A stretch of DNA of 63,720 bases, filler included, from Octopus bimaculoides (lineage: Eukaryota), in the NCBI RefSeq assembly GCF_001194135.2. It is 7 parts of 7 records of this genome, joined end to end, with 100 filler letters (N's around TTAATTAATTAA, not from the genome) between each part and the next. Parts side by side here need not be neighbours in the genome. Positions count along the whole stretch, not along the records: positions 21,100 to 32,687 come from NC_068997.1; positions 32,788 to 46,421 come from NC_068985.1; 5 more parts are not named here. One strand, 5' to 3'. This document shows, piece by piece, positions 26,765-40,034 of this stretch. Every line of letters starts with the position of its first letter. Position 1 is the first letter of the stretch. The notes under the pieces are model-generated. The model worked only from the letters and a program-made list of their open reading frames with translations, made no database searches and was not told the DNA's origin. A program made the translations under genes and the position numbers.

Positions 26765-26809
26765 AAGGCGAGTACGTACTTTCATGCCTATTGGCATTCA
26801 TCAGGCCTC
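26765..26809 (-). ncRNA. Canonical minimal type I hammerhead ribozyme
   Basis: GAGGC-CUGAUGA-AUGCC-AAUA-GGCAU-GAAA-GUACGUAC-UC-GCCUU. Perfect core, 5-bp stems I and II, palindromic stem III, CUC triplet. Confidence 0.8.
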
Positions 26810-28627
26810 ATCTGACAGACTTTAACAGAGTATATATATATATGTTTATATATATGTATATTTTCCCAAATGGAAAAGGTAAAGCACGAGTTACGACCGT
26901 TTAGTGAAGCTTGTTACATAAGCTTCACTGTGCTATGAAACGGTCCGTCCGTTACCTGTAATTTTATTCATATTCTTAGCAGTTTTAGTTGTTTAAATGG
27001 TGAGTTGTATGAGGACCATCAGTTTATCGAAATTTTTTAAAATTTCAATGGTGGGAGGAGGAAATGTGTATCTTACGATATTAATAATCGTATATTTTCC
27101 ACGATGTTAAATATCGTATATTTTCCACTTTTTGTCATCTGTACGTATCGCATATTGGTTGCAGTAACTTGCAAGTTTATCACCAGGGCAGACACTGTCA
27201 CTGGAAATAAAGTTTGTTGTTACTGTGTATTTCCAGATTAGTGACGATGTGCTTATGACAATCTCGTCATTTATTTATCTAGAACTATATTGTTCGACAC
27301 AGCCACCTCTGAAGATCGTAGCTGTTGTTTTCAGCAGTTTGAGAAGCTTTATATTAGCTGGTTTTTGAGCAGACACTTTATATATATANNNNNNNNNNNN
27401 NNNNNNNNNNNNNNNNNNNNNNNNNNNNNNNNNNNNNNNNNNNNNNNNNNNNNNNNNNNNNNNNNNNNNNNNNNNNNNNNNNNNNNNNNNNNNNNNNNNN
27501 NNNNNNNNNNNNNNNNNNNNNNNNNNNNNNNNNNNNNNNNNNNNNNNNNNNNNNNNNNNNNNNNNNNNNNNNNNNNNNNNNNNNNNNNNNNNNNNNNNNN
27601 NNNNNNNNNNNNNNNNNNNNNNNNNNNNNNNNNNNNNNNNNNNNNNNNNNNNNNTCATTCTTCTAATTTTCTCTATGTTGGCTATGACGAGAATCGCTGA
27701 TTTGGAAAGAATAGTAATCCAGAGAGGTTCTGGAATCAAGATTCCGGAAAACCAAAGCTGTAATGCTAAAAAATTGGCTGTCTGTAATAGGAAAGAACGA
27801 AAACAACTTGCCAATCGAAGGAGGTAAATTGGTGGAACTAGAAGAACATCGGCGCGCGTGCATGTTGGTATTTCCTCCAAGTATTTACGCTCAAAGTTCA
27901 AACCCTGCTATATCTTGGTTGGGAGTAAAAGACTTAATATTTCACTCAGTTTAGCACCATCACCTGTCACTTTGGGTGCTTTTAGAGGAATATATTCTGT
28001 TACAAGAGCATGTGGACCAAGATTTTCGGTTGGAGGATAACTTTCTCCCTCCCTTTACCCTTCGTCTTCCCTCCCCACTAAAAATATCAAAAGAAAGAAA
28101 TACCTAGTATTTCGCTACAAAATCTTCAACTTCGTATTACTCTGGCGTACTTTACCAATTCATAACACTAAAATAGTCTATGGAAAGCTTTTCGCAACAC
28201 ATACACAGGTAAAACACACACGCGCGCACACGCACACACACACACACACACACACAACGCATACACACTCACACACATACACACACATACACAGCAATAA
28301 TTAACACACCTAGTCAAACACCCGTACAACCATGCACGCCGCTACCATTCTCCTTTCCTTTCGCTATACTACTGTCCATTTCTCCGTTCAACCTCACTGA
28401 CCTGTAGGTTTTAATATTGCTTGACCTTTAATATCCAAATATTAATTATACTCTTAATTAATCTTCGATACATTCTTTGTCTCTTTCTTCTTTCTGCTGC
28501 CTCAAAAGACATTTTTAAACTCCAAAAATGATAATTTAATTAAGCACAAATATTTAGAAGTTGAAAACCTATTGATTAAGATACTCATCTATGTACCCTA
28601 CTTAATGTATGTGATATTTCTTTACTA

Positions 28628-28835
28628 CCCACAATGGGCTACACACAGAGGGGACAAGCAAGGACAGACAAACAGATTAAGTCGATTATACCGACCCCAG
28701 TGCGTAACTGGTACTTATTTAATCGACCCCGAAAGGCAGAGTCGACCTCGGCGGAATTTGAACTCAGAACGTAGCGGTAGACGAAATACCGCTAAGCATT
28801 TCGTCCGGCGTGCTAACGTTTCTGCCAGCTCGCCC
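28628..28835 (-). mobile_element. SINE family A monomer (full tRNA-like head, left-type tail)
   Basis: Head GGCGAGCTGGCAGAAACGTTAGCACG and B-box GAGTTCAAATTCC on the minus strand. Confidence 0.9.
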
Positions 28836-29486
28836 TACTTAATGTATGTGAGTGTGTGTATTTATATATCATGCGATAGGCCAGTTACTGCAGTATTCGT
28901 CCCGAGATAACATCTATAATGAAGGTGCCACTTACACGGTATTTATCCTGAGAGCCTGTTACGTATATCGGACATGATTCAGATTTCTCATTAAATTTAT
29001 ATTACATTTCTATAGGAAAGGTTTTGTGATTGTTTTCTGTAATTCTGTATAAAAATATATTTTGTCGGACTAACGATTAAAGATTAAATATTTCATTCAA
29101 CTCACAGTCTTGCTTTTGAAAACTTTATTCTAAGTGGCCGAGTATAACTTATTTTCTAGTTGTTACCAGTTGGAATATTATCTTTCATTTTTTTATCTTC
29201 CGTATCTTTTAATTGTTTCAGTCATTAGACTGCGGCCTAGCTGGGGCAGCACCATGAAAAATTTTCAAATGAATCACCACCAGTACTTATTTTTTTAAAG
29301 CCTAGTACTTATTCTNNNNNNNNNNNNNNNNNNNNNNNNNNNNNNNNNNNNNNNNNNNNNNNNNNNNNNNNNNNNNNNNNNNNNNNNNNNNNNNNNNNNN
29401 NNNNNNNNNNNNNNNNNNNNNNNNNNNNNNNNNNNNNNNNNNNNNNNNNNNNNNNNNNNNNNNNNNATATATATATATATATATAT

Positions 29487-29632
29487 AAAAGATAATAAGA
29501 GTGAAAAAACTACAGAAGGCTTGTGTTACATGGTTAAAGTATATATTTAAATTATGTCAGAAAAATGTAAGAAAAATGTTATAAAAATGTTATAAAATCT
29601 TTTTGGTATATAAACATTGTATTTTGAGAAAT
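29487..29632 (-). mobile_element. Penelope-like 3' UTR/pLTR fragment
   Basis: Reverse complement of 5309-5430. Confidence 0.8.
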
Positions 29633-29641
29633 ATATATATA

Positions 29642-29805
29642 TGACAGACTTCTTTTAGTTTCTGTCTACCAAATTCACTCACAAGGCTATAACAGAAAAC
29701 ACTTTGTCGAAGTGCCACGTAGTGGAAGCGAACGGGCAACCATGTGGTTGGGAAGCAAACATCTTACCAAGCTGCCACGCCTGCCAATTCTCTATTTTGG
29801 TTATG
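29642..29805 (-). mobile_element. SINE family B copy
   Basis: Reverse complement of the family B consensus. Confidence 0.7.
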
Positions 29806-30408
29806 GCTTGAAAAACTTTCCAACGCTGGAACCTGAAAACACAGTCAACATTTTAATGTATAATGACTTACGAGACTGCTTTTAGTAGTATTGAGCCCTT
29901 TTAAGAGCAAATATTTTTTGTAAATAACCCTAACACAAATACGAAAACATAAACATATATGTATATGCATGTGTGTGAATGTGGGTGATAAGGGCATGGT
30001 AAGGTTTGTGATTAAGTGTAGACAGTTATATGTGTCTGTGAGTGTGCGTGTATCTCTATGTCCATATGCATATGTGTGCGCGCGCGTGTATGTGAGAAAG
30101 AGAGAGAGAGAGTGTCTGTGGTACGTGCTTCTATATGTATATACATACATATTTACACACACACACGTCTATCAATCTGTGTATCTACACGCGCGCGCAC
30201 ACACACATATACACACACACACTCCTGTATTTATATTTATGCTTGTGTATTTGTAGACGTATAAAGTATAAATTCAAAATACACGGACATATTGATAAAT
30301 ATTGAAACAGGTGTTCAGTGCTGTTTGTATATAAGAATGTACGTGCTTCAACAGGCCAGATGGTGTGTATTAACACAGGTACACACAGAGACGCACAAAC
30401 ACACAGAG

Positions 30409-30442
<34 letters not shown>

Positions 30443-30469
30443 GTGTGCGCGCGCGGGCGTGTGAGTATT

Positions 30470-30945
30470 GCTCGAAATGCGGAGTTGATAAAACAGGGGA
30501 CAACTGATGAAGGGATTGTTCTGTATGCTGCATGTCTTGTTTTTCTATTTATTTCTTTCGTTGATCGCAAAAAAAAAGTTCGTTTTCCATGTAGTTGTAA
30601 TTCACGTTCCCGTTTTTCATGTTGTTTACGTTTTTTGACGTCATGTACCCATATATGCATGTGTATATACATACATATGTAAGTATGTACATGTGTATAT
30701 GTATGTATGCCTATGTACATATATATATATATACATATACACTTGGAAAAGGATGCGTGGCGTTCGATCATATAATAATATAAATAATATATAAATATAT
30801 GCATATATCCATACATATATGTACATACATGCATATATGGGTACGGGACTTTAAAAAAAACGTTAAACACAATGAGAGATGAAAACATAAAAACGAAAAT
30901 ATAAAAAACGAACATTTTTCGAACAACGAAAAAAACAAAATACAC
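30470..30945. mobile_element. Two convergent fragments of one repeat tail (probable Penelope-like pLTR)
   Basis: 30530-30680 and 30741-30945 are inverted relative to each other, and both match 61600-61700 and/or 62163-62365. Confidence 0.6.
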
Positions 30946-31247
30946 CTCGCCTGGATATTTACCACTTCTGAGGTTTCGCTCGCTATGAAGCATATGTAGC
31001 CCGGATCTTATCTACTCCATTCCGTAACTCTTGTATTCTTATTCGCACGCACGGCAACCCTGGTCGCCAACCGTGAATTAAAAAAACCCAAAAAACTACC
31101 AGTTTATCATACTTCGATGCGAAAAAAATCCACAACCTTCCGTCTCAGTAAATCATTATTGACCCTGAAAGTTGTTTTTTATATTTACTACGGATTGGTT
31201 GAAGCTAACTTTCTTTCTACACCTCGATCCCTATATACATACTTACA

Positions 31248-31299
<52 letters not shown>

Positions 31300-32072
31300 N
31301 NNNNNNNNNNNNNNNNNNNNNNNNNNNNNNNNNNNNNNNNNNNNNNNNNNNNNNNNNNNNNNNNNNNNNNNNNNNNNNNNNNNNNNNNNNNNNNNNNNNN
31401 NNNNNNNNNNNNNNNNNNNNNNNNNNNNNNNNNNNNNNNNNNNNNNNNNNNNNNNNNNNNCAGGAAAAATAATAAAAAGACGAACAGATAAAAACAAGGA
31501 CGGGTCATTCGCAGCCTCCTCTCATCAGTCAAGTTACCAAATTATCCTTACAGTTTCGGGCAGTTACACTTGAGGCTGTTCAAATCTGGTTGTCCCCAAA
31601 ACTCGAAGCTAAGAGCATTACAATTTTTGGGAGAAAGCAAGCGAACGTGTACGACAACAAAGTAAAAAAACGGAGAGCATGTTACACAATTACAAATACA
31701 AACAAGAAGAAAGTAACAACAGGTGTCTTTCAACTGATAAAAACGAATCAAGTTGAGCTGGCGTGTGTGGAGTGAGAGCTTTGAGGCAGGAACTTAGGAG
31801 ACAACCATAAGAGATGAAAGTCAAGCGACACGAATATAAGAGATGCTTCGCGGCCGGCAGTCGAGCTAAGAAAGAAAGATCATACATGACCGAACACCGG
31901 TCACGTGGAAGGAAAAGAAAGAGGTAGGGGTAGAGGGATTGAAAGATTAGGGGAAATACGTACATATCCATGCATATAACTACACTTACATAATACATTC
32001 ATAGATACATGTACACAAGCATACACACACATATCTTCGTATGAATTTAATGTGTATTTGTGAAAGAATGCA

Positions 32073-32145
<73 letters not shown>

Positions 32146-34551
32146 ATTATGTATGTGCGCATGTAAACAAGTATGCATACATGTAAATATGCATGTATAT
32201 TTCTATGTACGTATACACGAAAATGTCTATATATGTATGAGTTTATATACACGCAGGAGTGTATGTATGTATGTATCTGTTTATATGTACACAGGTGTGA
32301 ATGTAAGTATGCATGTATGTATGTATATATATTTATGCATGTATGTATGCATGTATGTATATATGTATTTATATGTATGTATGTATGCATGAACAAAAAT
32401 ACATGTGCGCGTGAGATTGTGGAAGGTAGTTTTTCTGTGTGTATTTGTATATGCGTGCATATGCTTATAATGAATTCATGTATATGTGAGCGCGTGTCTG
32501 CGTGCGTATTTTTGTGTGTGCGTGTGTGTGTGAGTGTATGTGTGTGTGCGTGTGTGTGCGCGCGCGCTTATACCCGTGGTCGCATGCGTAAAAACGTTGA
32601 CAGTGAGAGTGCGTGTGTGTCTGATTTTGTGCGTGTGCATGTGTGTGTGTGTGAGTTGTGTATTTACGGACGGTTTAAGTATTGCACNNNNNNNNNNNNN
32701 NNNNNNNNNNNNNNNNNNNNNNNNNNNNNNNTTAATTAATTAANNNNNNNNNNNNNNNNNNNNNNNNNNNNNNNNNNNNNNNNNNNNATAGATAGGTAGA
32801 TAGATAGAGGGATAGATAGAAAGATAGAGGAAGACAGATAGATAGATAGATAGATAGATAGAGAGATAGATAGATAGATAGATAGATAGATAGCGTCGCG
32901 TCAGAATAATAAAGTACAAACTTACTTGCAAAAAGGACGCGTGCGTTATATATGTACATCATCCTGATGCCTTGAGTACTTAAGACCTTAAAACACATTG
33001 TCCAGCGTTGACCTGGGATTAAACAAACAACCAAATAATCGTTTCTATTATAGGTACTTTATTTTATCACCCTCAGAGGTTCTAAAAGCGAATTTGACTT
33101 TGTGGGTATTTGAAATCAGAACATGAAGNNNNNNNNNNNNNNNNNNNNNNNNNNNNNNNNNNNNNNNNNNNNNNNNNNNNNNNNNNNNNNNNNNNNNNNN
33201 NNNNNNNNNNNNNNNNNNNNNAAAAAAAAAAAAAAAAAAAAGAACAAACTATCGCCTTTAATTTAGATAATAATGCTCGTAATTTGGGATGTGGGAGAAT
33301 AATCGATTTCATTAACCCCAATACTTTGACTACTGCTTTGTTTTGTTAAACCCCAAAGGATGGAATGCAAAGTTAAAATTGGCAGGATATAAATTCAGAA
33401 CTGAAAGAACCAGAGGAAATACTGCAAAGCATTTTCTTTGATGCGCCAACGATTTTTGCCAATCCACTGTTTCGGGTCTAAAATCTGGGGGAATAGGCGA
33501 GTTCCTCGATTATATCGACTCAATATTTGGCTGGTACTTTATTTTATAGATCTCGAAGGTATAAAAAAAAAAGCATCATTAACCTCGACAGAATTTGAAC
33601 ACAGAACATAAAGAGCTGGATGGAATACCTGAAGGTAAATTTATCGAGCTATTCCGACACTCTACCAGTTCTACCAATCGTCCGCCGTCGACAACAACAA
33701 CAACAACAGTAGCAGCAGCAGCAGCAGTTAGCAACAGAAACAACAGCATCAACATTCACGGTAGCAATAACAGTTGCTGCAACGTCAGCAGTTGCTGCAA
33801 CATTAGCAGATGCAGCGACAGAAGAATTTGAAGGTAGCTGCAATACAAGCAACGGCAGCGCACACAACTGCATCAGAAACAACAGCAGCAACAATTGCAG
33901 TACATAACTTCAGCAGTTACCGCAACACCACTACTACCACCACCACCACTATTACTCCCCCCTCCACCATCACTCCTCCCTCCACCACCAGCAACATCTG
34001 GGATAGCAGAAGTTGTTACAGTAACAGCACTGAGGGAAATGTGGGGGAAGAAGCCTCTAAAGCTGTCACTATTCCTGCTAGATATAGTAGCCAAATGCTC
34101 TCAAATCACACCCAATGGTGTTGAAGAAGGACAAACTGGATAACAAAAGCTAAATGACGGGGTGTTTACGGCTTGAATGGTTTGGTCATAGAATGCTGTC
34201 AGGTTTTATTTTGACCCCTACATTACAATTAACAACAAAAACAATAGCTGTAGCAGCAGCGACATTAATAAAATAAATAACTTCATCATCAACATGGATA
34301 AGGCAAGATGTCTAAAAGGGAGCCGCTACATTGTCATACAACCTGCTAAAAATTTGTTGCTAGCTCCCCCCACCCTTATATCGCAGAATACTTTGTGTTT
34401 GGAATTATTAAAAGAAAAGGAAAAGGAAAAAGAAAAATAAAGGCGAGAAGGTCACGGTGGAAACATAGGTCAGCTCGACCAGTGTTGGTCTGGGACAAAA
34501 GAATAACGACAACAACAGCAACAATAACTGTTGCATTAATTACAGTTACTG

Positions 34552-34582
<31 letters not shown>

Positions 34583-36019
34583 GTTGTCGTCGCGTCGACG
34601 TCGTCGTCACGTCGACGTCATCGTCACGTCGACGTCGTCGTCATCATCGTTGTCCTCCTCCTCCTCCTCCTCCTCCTCCCCATCATCATCATCATCATCA
34701 TCATCATGATCATGATCATGATGATCATCATCATCATCATCATCACCGCAACACTATCATCAACATCATCGTCACCAATGTCTCCACCATCNNNNNNNNN
34801 NNNNNNNNNNNNNNNNNNNNNNNNNNNNNNNNNNNNNNNNNNNNNNNNNNNNNNNNNNNNNNNNNNNNNNNNNNNNNNNNNNNNNNNNNNNNNNNNNNNN
34901 NNNNNNNNNNNNNNNNNNNNNNNNNNNNNNNNNNNNNNNNNNNNNNNNNNNNNNNNNNNNNNNNNNNNNNNNNNNNNNNNNNNNNNNNNNNNNNNNNNNN
35001 NNNNNNNNNNNNNNNNNNNNNNNNNNNNNNNNNNNNNNNNNNNNNNNNNNNNNNNNNNNNNNNNNNNNNNNNNNNNNNNNNNNNTCGACAACAGCAGCAG
35101 AAGCCAACGTTGGAAGCCTCTAAGTGGACGCTCATTTTACTAGAAATAACTGTCATGTCGCCATTAGGTCCCCATGCTCCTACCTGGGCACAACACACGC
35201 TAAATAACGCAGCACGGGATCCACTTGCAACAGAAAAAGGAGTGACAGTCACGGCTGGAATGTCTTAGATAATATATCTGCTCGATGATGCTTGCTGACC
35301 TAGGCTAACCATAAACAACGAATCAATAGAGGGGCACTTCTACGTAGTAGCACGAAATCCTATAAATGGCAGCCATATCGCCCCCGAATTACATCATAAT
35401 GTCTTTAAAAAAAACGAAGCTAGAGGTTAGATAATTTAGGTTCGGATTGTGCATTTGGCGGGATTGTCCTGGCGGGAACGCATTTGATCATAGGACAGCT
35501 TGATCATTGTTGGCTGGCGGCTAAGTATTAAGAATAGCAGTAATAACCAGGAAGACTCTACTACTACTACTACTACTACTACAACTACTACTGCTGCTGC
35601 TTTTGCTGCTGCTTTTGCTGCTGCTGCTTTTGCGGCTTTTATCATCACTGCACAAGAAACCATAACGTTAATAGCCATCTACATGAATGTTAGAGAAGTG
35701 GAGAGCCGAGGAGAGAGAGAGAGAGAGAAGAGAGAGAAAGAGGGAGAAAGAGAGAGAGGGGAGAAAGAGGGAGAAAGAGAAAGAGATAAAGAGAGAGAGA
35801 GGGACAGATAGAAAGAGAGGAAGAGGGATAGAAAGAGAGAGAGACAGAGAGAAAAAAGAGAGAGAAAGGAGGAAAGAGATAGGGGAGTAAGAGAGGAGAG
35901 AGAGAGAGAAGAGAGAGGAGAACAATTAAAACAGAAAAATGAACAGTAATAATTATAACAACAGCAACGTCAGGGAAAGTTCCAGGGGACATTTCGACCA
36001 ATGTCTCATTAATAAACGC

Positions 36020-36033
36020 GTTGCTATGGTAAC
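36020..36033. promoter_or_regulatory. RFX X-box-like palindrome
   Basis: GTTGCTATGGTAAC, 2 differences from GTTGCCATGGCAAC; CCAAT at 35998, 36040 and 36076. Confidence 0.3.
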
Positions 36034-36155
36034 GGTCGTCCAATACGTTGACTGCTTTACAGTCAAATTAACAATCCAATACGATTTTGTTAGAAATATG
36101 GTGATTTCTATCTTTCGCACACGAACACATACCCAAATGCACACACACACACACA

Positions 36156-36216
<61 letters not shown>

Positions 36217-36360
36217 ACACACATTTACACACATGCATATATACATACACTAATACATACAAACACGCACACATACACACACACACACGCACGAACATCT
36301 AAGCATATCTATCTATTTGTTTATCTACAATCTATCAATGCACACACACACACATAAACA

Positions 36361-36399
<39 letters not shown>

Positions 36400-36657
36400 G
36401 CACACACATACACATACACTGACACATATACGTATGTATTTCAATGTTTTTCGTCAGTGCAATGTGGCCATGTCGGGGTAACAGCTTTCAAAGATTTACA
36501 TAATTGCATTACCCAGTTGAGTTTGAAATTTACTTTTGCCCATTATATTTATTCAACAGCTAGATTACAGGATATATAAAAAACAAATGCACTCGCATGT
36601 GCGCTAGACACACTCACTTGAACATCTGACACATACATAGATACAAACATACATGCA

Positions 36658-36697
<40 letters not shown>

Positions 36698-36726
36698 CAC
36701 ACACAGACACACACACACACACCCAC

Positions 36727-36813
<87 letters not shown>

Positions 36814-36816
<3 letters not shown>

Positions 36817-38081
36817 GCATGCAGGAAGTAAATATACACCTTTAATTTTCAAAATCTTTTTAATACGCAAAGCGAATAACTGAAATATAATCGATAGGTA
36901 GGACTACATACTGTAGTATTTAGTTGACATTCCCTTTGCAGTTTTTAATTCAGAAATTCTTTTGGGCATTGAACTGATGAGCTTTGTGATTGTCTCTTGT
37001 GGAATTTCTGCAACTTTTCACGCTACAATCGAAACAATTCATTTTAGATTTAGGTTTCTGTCGAGTTTTTCATATAGCTCTATTTAGTATGCTCCAAAGA
37101 TTTTCAATTGGGTTCATGTCAGGAGACTGACTCGGCCAAGGAAGCTTTTTGATCCCATTTTCAGTCAGCCATTGTGGATTCCTTTTCGCTGTGTGGCATG
37201 GAGCCCCATCTTACATGAATAAAAACTCATTTTTCGTTATGTTATCATGTGAATACATCGGAAGTAGTACTTGCTTAAGTATTTCGATGTATTTTTTAGA
37301 GTTTATGGTTCCAACACATTGAATCAGCTCAGAACGACCATTGCTGGTGACAGCTCCCCATACCATTACAGAGATACTGCAATGTTTCACAGTTGGTTGG
37401 AGTCGTTTCAAATCAAATTCTTGATTGGGAAGCCTCCAGACCCAAACACGTCCACTGTCTGAAAATAATGCAAATCTGGATTCATCTGAGAAAATCACTC
37501 TATCCCAAAATGTACTGGACTTTTCTGACATCTCCTTAGCTCATTTCTTTCTTTTCATGATATTAATTGGTTGATAGATACGTTTTCTTCTAGCTGCTCG
37601 TCCATAATACATAAGCTTATGCAGATATGTGACACACCTTATTGGACTAACTTCTAGCTGGTTTGCAATGTCAGAAGCCTTCGAACGGGGTTCGTTTTCC
37701 ACAATTACCTTCAAACAGCGAAGCTTCCTTTCCGAGGGCCCAGGTCGGTAGGGACGAGAATCTGTTGATTCTTTTCCTTGGCCTTTGAATTGGACTATAC
37801 TTCTATTAATAGTAGCAAGATGAATTTGAAGATTTTCGGCAATGTTTCGCTGGCTAAGACCAGCCTCAGATTGCCCAAAAATACGACCTCTTTGAAAATC
37901 TGACAGTTCTGCAGAATTTTTTGCGCGTGGCATGGTTACTCTTCGCAAATGTTTAATATAATGGCACCTGGAATGAAAAAGAATAATTACATTGTAAATT
38001 CTACGCCGCTGAAAACGTATTAAGACGCTTAGATCAGAAATTTTGAAAATTAAAGGTGTGCATTTACTTCCTGCATGTCCA
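36814..38081 (-). mobile_element. Near-complete Tc1-like (DD34E) transposon
   Basis: About 45-bp TIRs (CATGCAGGAAGTAAAT..ACACCTTTAATTTTCAAAAT), inserted in (TA)n. Transposase from ATG at 37933: [41 protein letters not shown], with 34 residues between the second D and E. A few in-frame stops. Confidence 0.95.
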
Positions 38082-38850
38082 NNNNNNNNNNNNNNNNNNN
38101 NNNNNNNNNNNNNNNNNNNNNNNNNNNNNNNNNNNNNNNNNNNNNNNNNNNNNNNNNNNNNNNNNNNNNNNNNNNNNNNNNNNNNNNNNNNNNNNNNNNN
38201 NNNNNNNNNNNNNNNNNNNNNNNNNNNNNNNNNNNNNNNNNNNNNNNNNNNNNNNNNNNNNNNNNNNNNNNNNNNNNNNNNNNNNNNNNNNNNNNNNNNN
38301 NNNNNNNNNNNNNNNNNNNNNNNNNNNNNNNNNNNNNNNNNNNNNNNNNNNNNNNNNNNNNNNNNNNNNNNNNNNNNNNNNNNNNNNNNNNNNNNNNNNN
38401 NNNNNNNNNNNNNNNNNNNNNNNNNNNNNNNNNNNNNNNNNNNNNNNNNNNNNNNNNNNNNNNNNNNNNNNNNNNNNNNNNNNNNNNNNNNNNNNNNNNN
38501 NNNNNNNNNNNNNNNNNNNNNNNNNNNNNNNNNNNNNNNNNNNNNNNNNNNNNNNNNNNNNNNNNNNNNNNNNNNNNNNNNNNNNNNNNNNNNNNNNNNN
38601 NNNNNNNNNNNNNNNNNNNNNNNNNNNNNNNNNNNNNNNNNNNNNNNNNNNNNNNNNNNNNNNNNNNNNNNNNNNNNNNNNNNNNNNNNNNNNNNNNNNN
38701 NNNNNNNNNNNNNNNNNNNNNNNNNNNNNNNNNNNNNNNNNNNNNNNNNNNNNNNNNNNNNNNNNNNNNNNNNNNNNNNNNNNNNNNNNNNNNNNNNNNN
38801 NNNNNNNNNNNNNNNNNNNNNNNNNNNNNNNNNNNNNNNNNNNNNNNNNN

Positions 38851-38883
<33 letters not shown>

Positions 38884-39983
38884 TAAGTAGAGAGAGATAC
38901 GAATCTAGGTTGCAGAATTTCAATTCTTCTAATTAAGATATTTAATCCTTGTGTGAATGTACAATCGCTCAACGTATATTCGGTGCTTCGAGTGTATATA
39001 ATTGTTTTTAAAACGGATGATAACAACATTACTACACGAAGCGTATAATATGGAGTACGGAATACTAACGACAAGTTACTTTGCGGGAAAACGAATGTTT
39101 CCACTATCGTTCACTTTGCCAGCTTCTGTTGAGCTAAAGACAGTTAATATTTTAGCCACGCAATATATCGCCAGTGTAGACATAAATCGTTTCTATATAA
39201 ATCGACCAGGATCTTCCAAAGAATTGAAGCGCTCACTTTATATTTCAATGAAAATAAATTGTCTGAAAAATGAAGTTAAAAATGTTATCTTTTTGTTCTA
39301 ATGAGGAAATTAGGAAATTTGGGAAAATTAATCGTTTACTTATCCCGTGTATTGCATATGAAATATAAGACATATTTCCTAGGCATCCATGCATCATATA
39401 TATAACACATTCCCAATTTTTTTTGAGCACCAGAGTAACTTGGGACTTATGAGAGGAAAACTGCATATTATTCAGAACTAATACAAAGAGATAACAGTGT
39501 AACGCCGTTGTAGGGTGGTGGGAGGGGGTATTATGCAGAGATAAGTAAAGCTAAGTTAGGAGCAATGAACAGGTAGAAGGGAGTGATACTTAAGAAGTTA
39601 GTAATTAGCGATGGGGGAACCAAAAGCTAAGACTGAAAGACGACAGAATTGAGCAATGAAGAAAAAAACGATGGAAAATGTAGAAAAATGACAAAATGAA
39701 AAATGAAAAACTAAAAAATAAAAAAATAAAATGAAAAGATGACGAGAATTTAAGGTAGTGCGAAAGGTTTTAATATATTACATTAACAGTGAACAGTGAG
39801 GAGACATTTGGAAATTTTCCTTTGAAAATCCCAGAAACCTTTTGTTTTTTTCTTCAAATTTTCAAAAGTTCAAAAGTTTAAAGGTCTAACGGCTTTTTGA
39901 GAGGTAAATAGATAGATAGATAGAAGGACGGACGGATGGATATATAGATAGATAGATAGATAGATAGGTAGATAGGTAGATAG

Positions 39984-40034
<51 letters not shown>

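Noticed and set aside
33595-34143. Ala/Thr/Pro-rich overlapping ORFs
   Set aside because: Built from CAG/CAA/CAC triplet repeats next to a decayed SINE.
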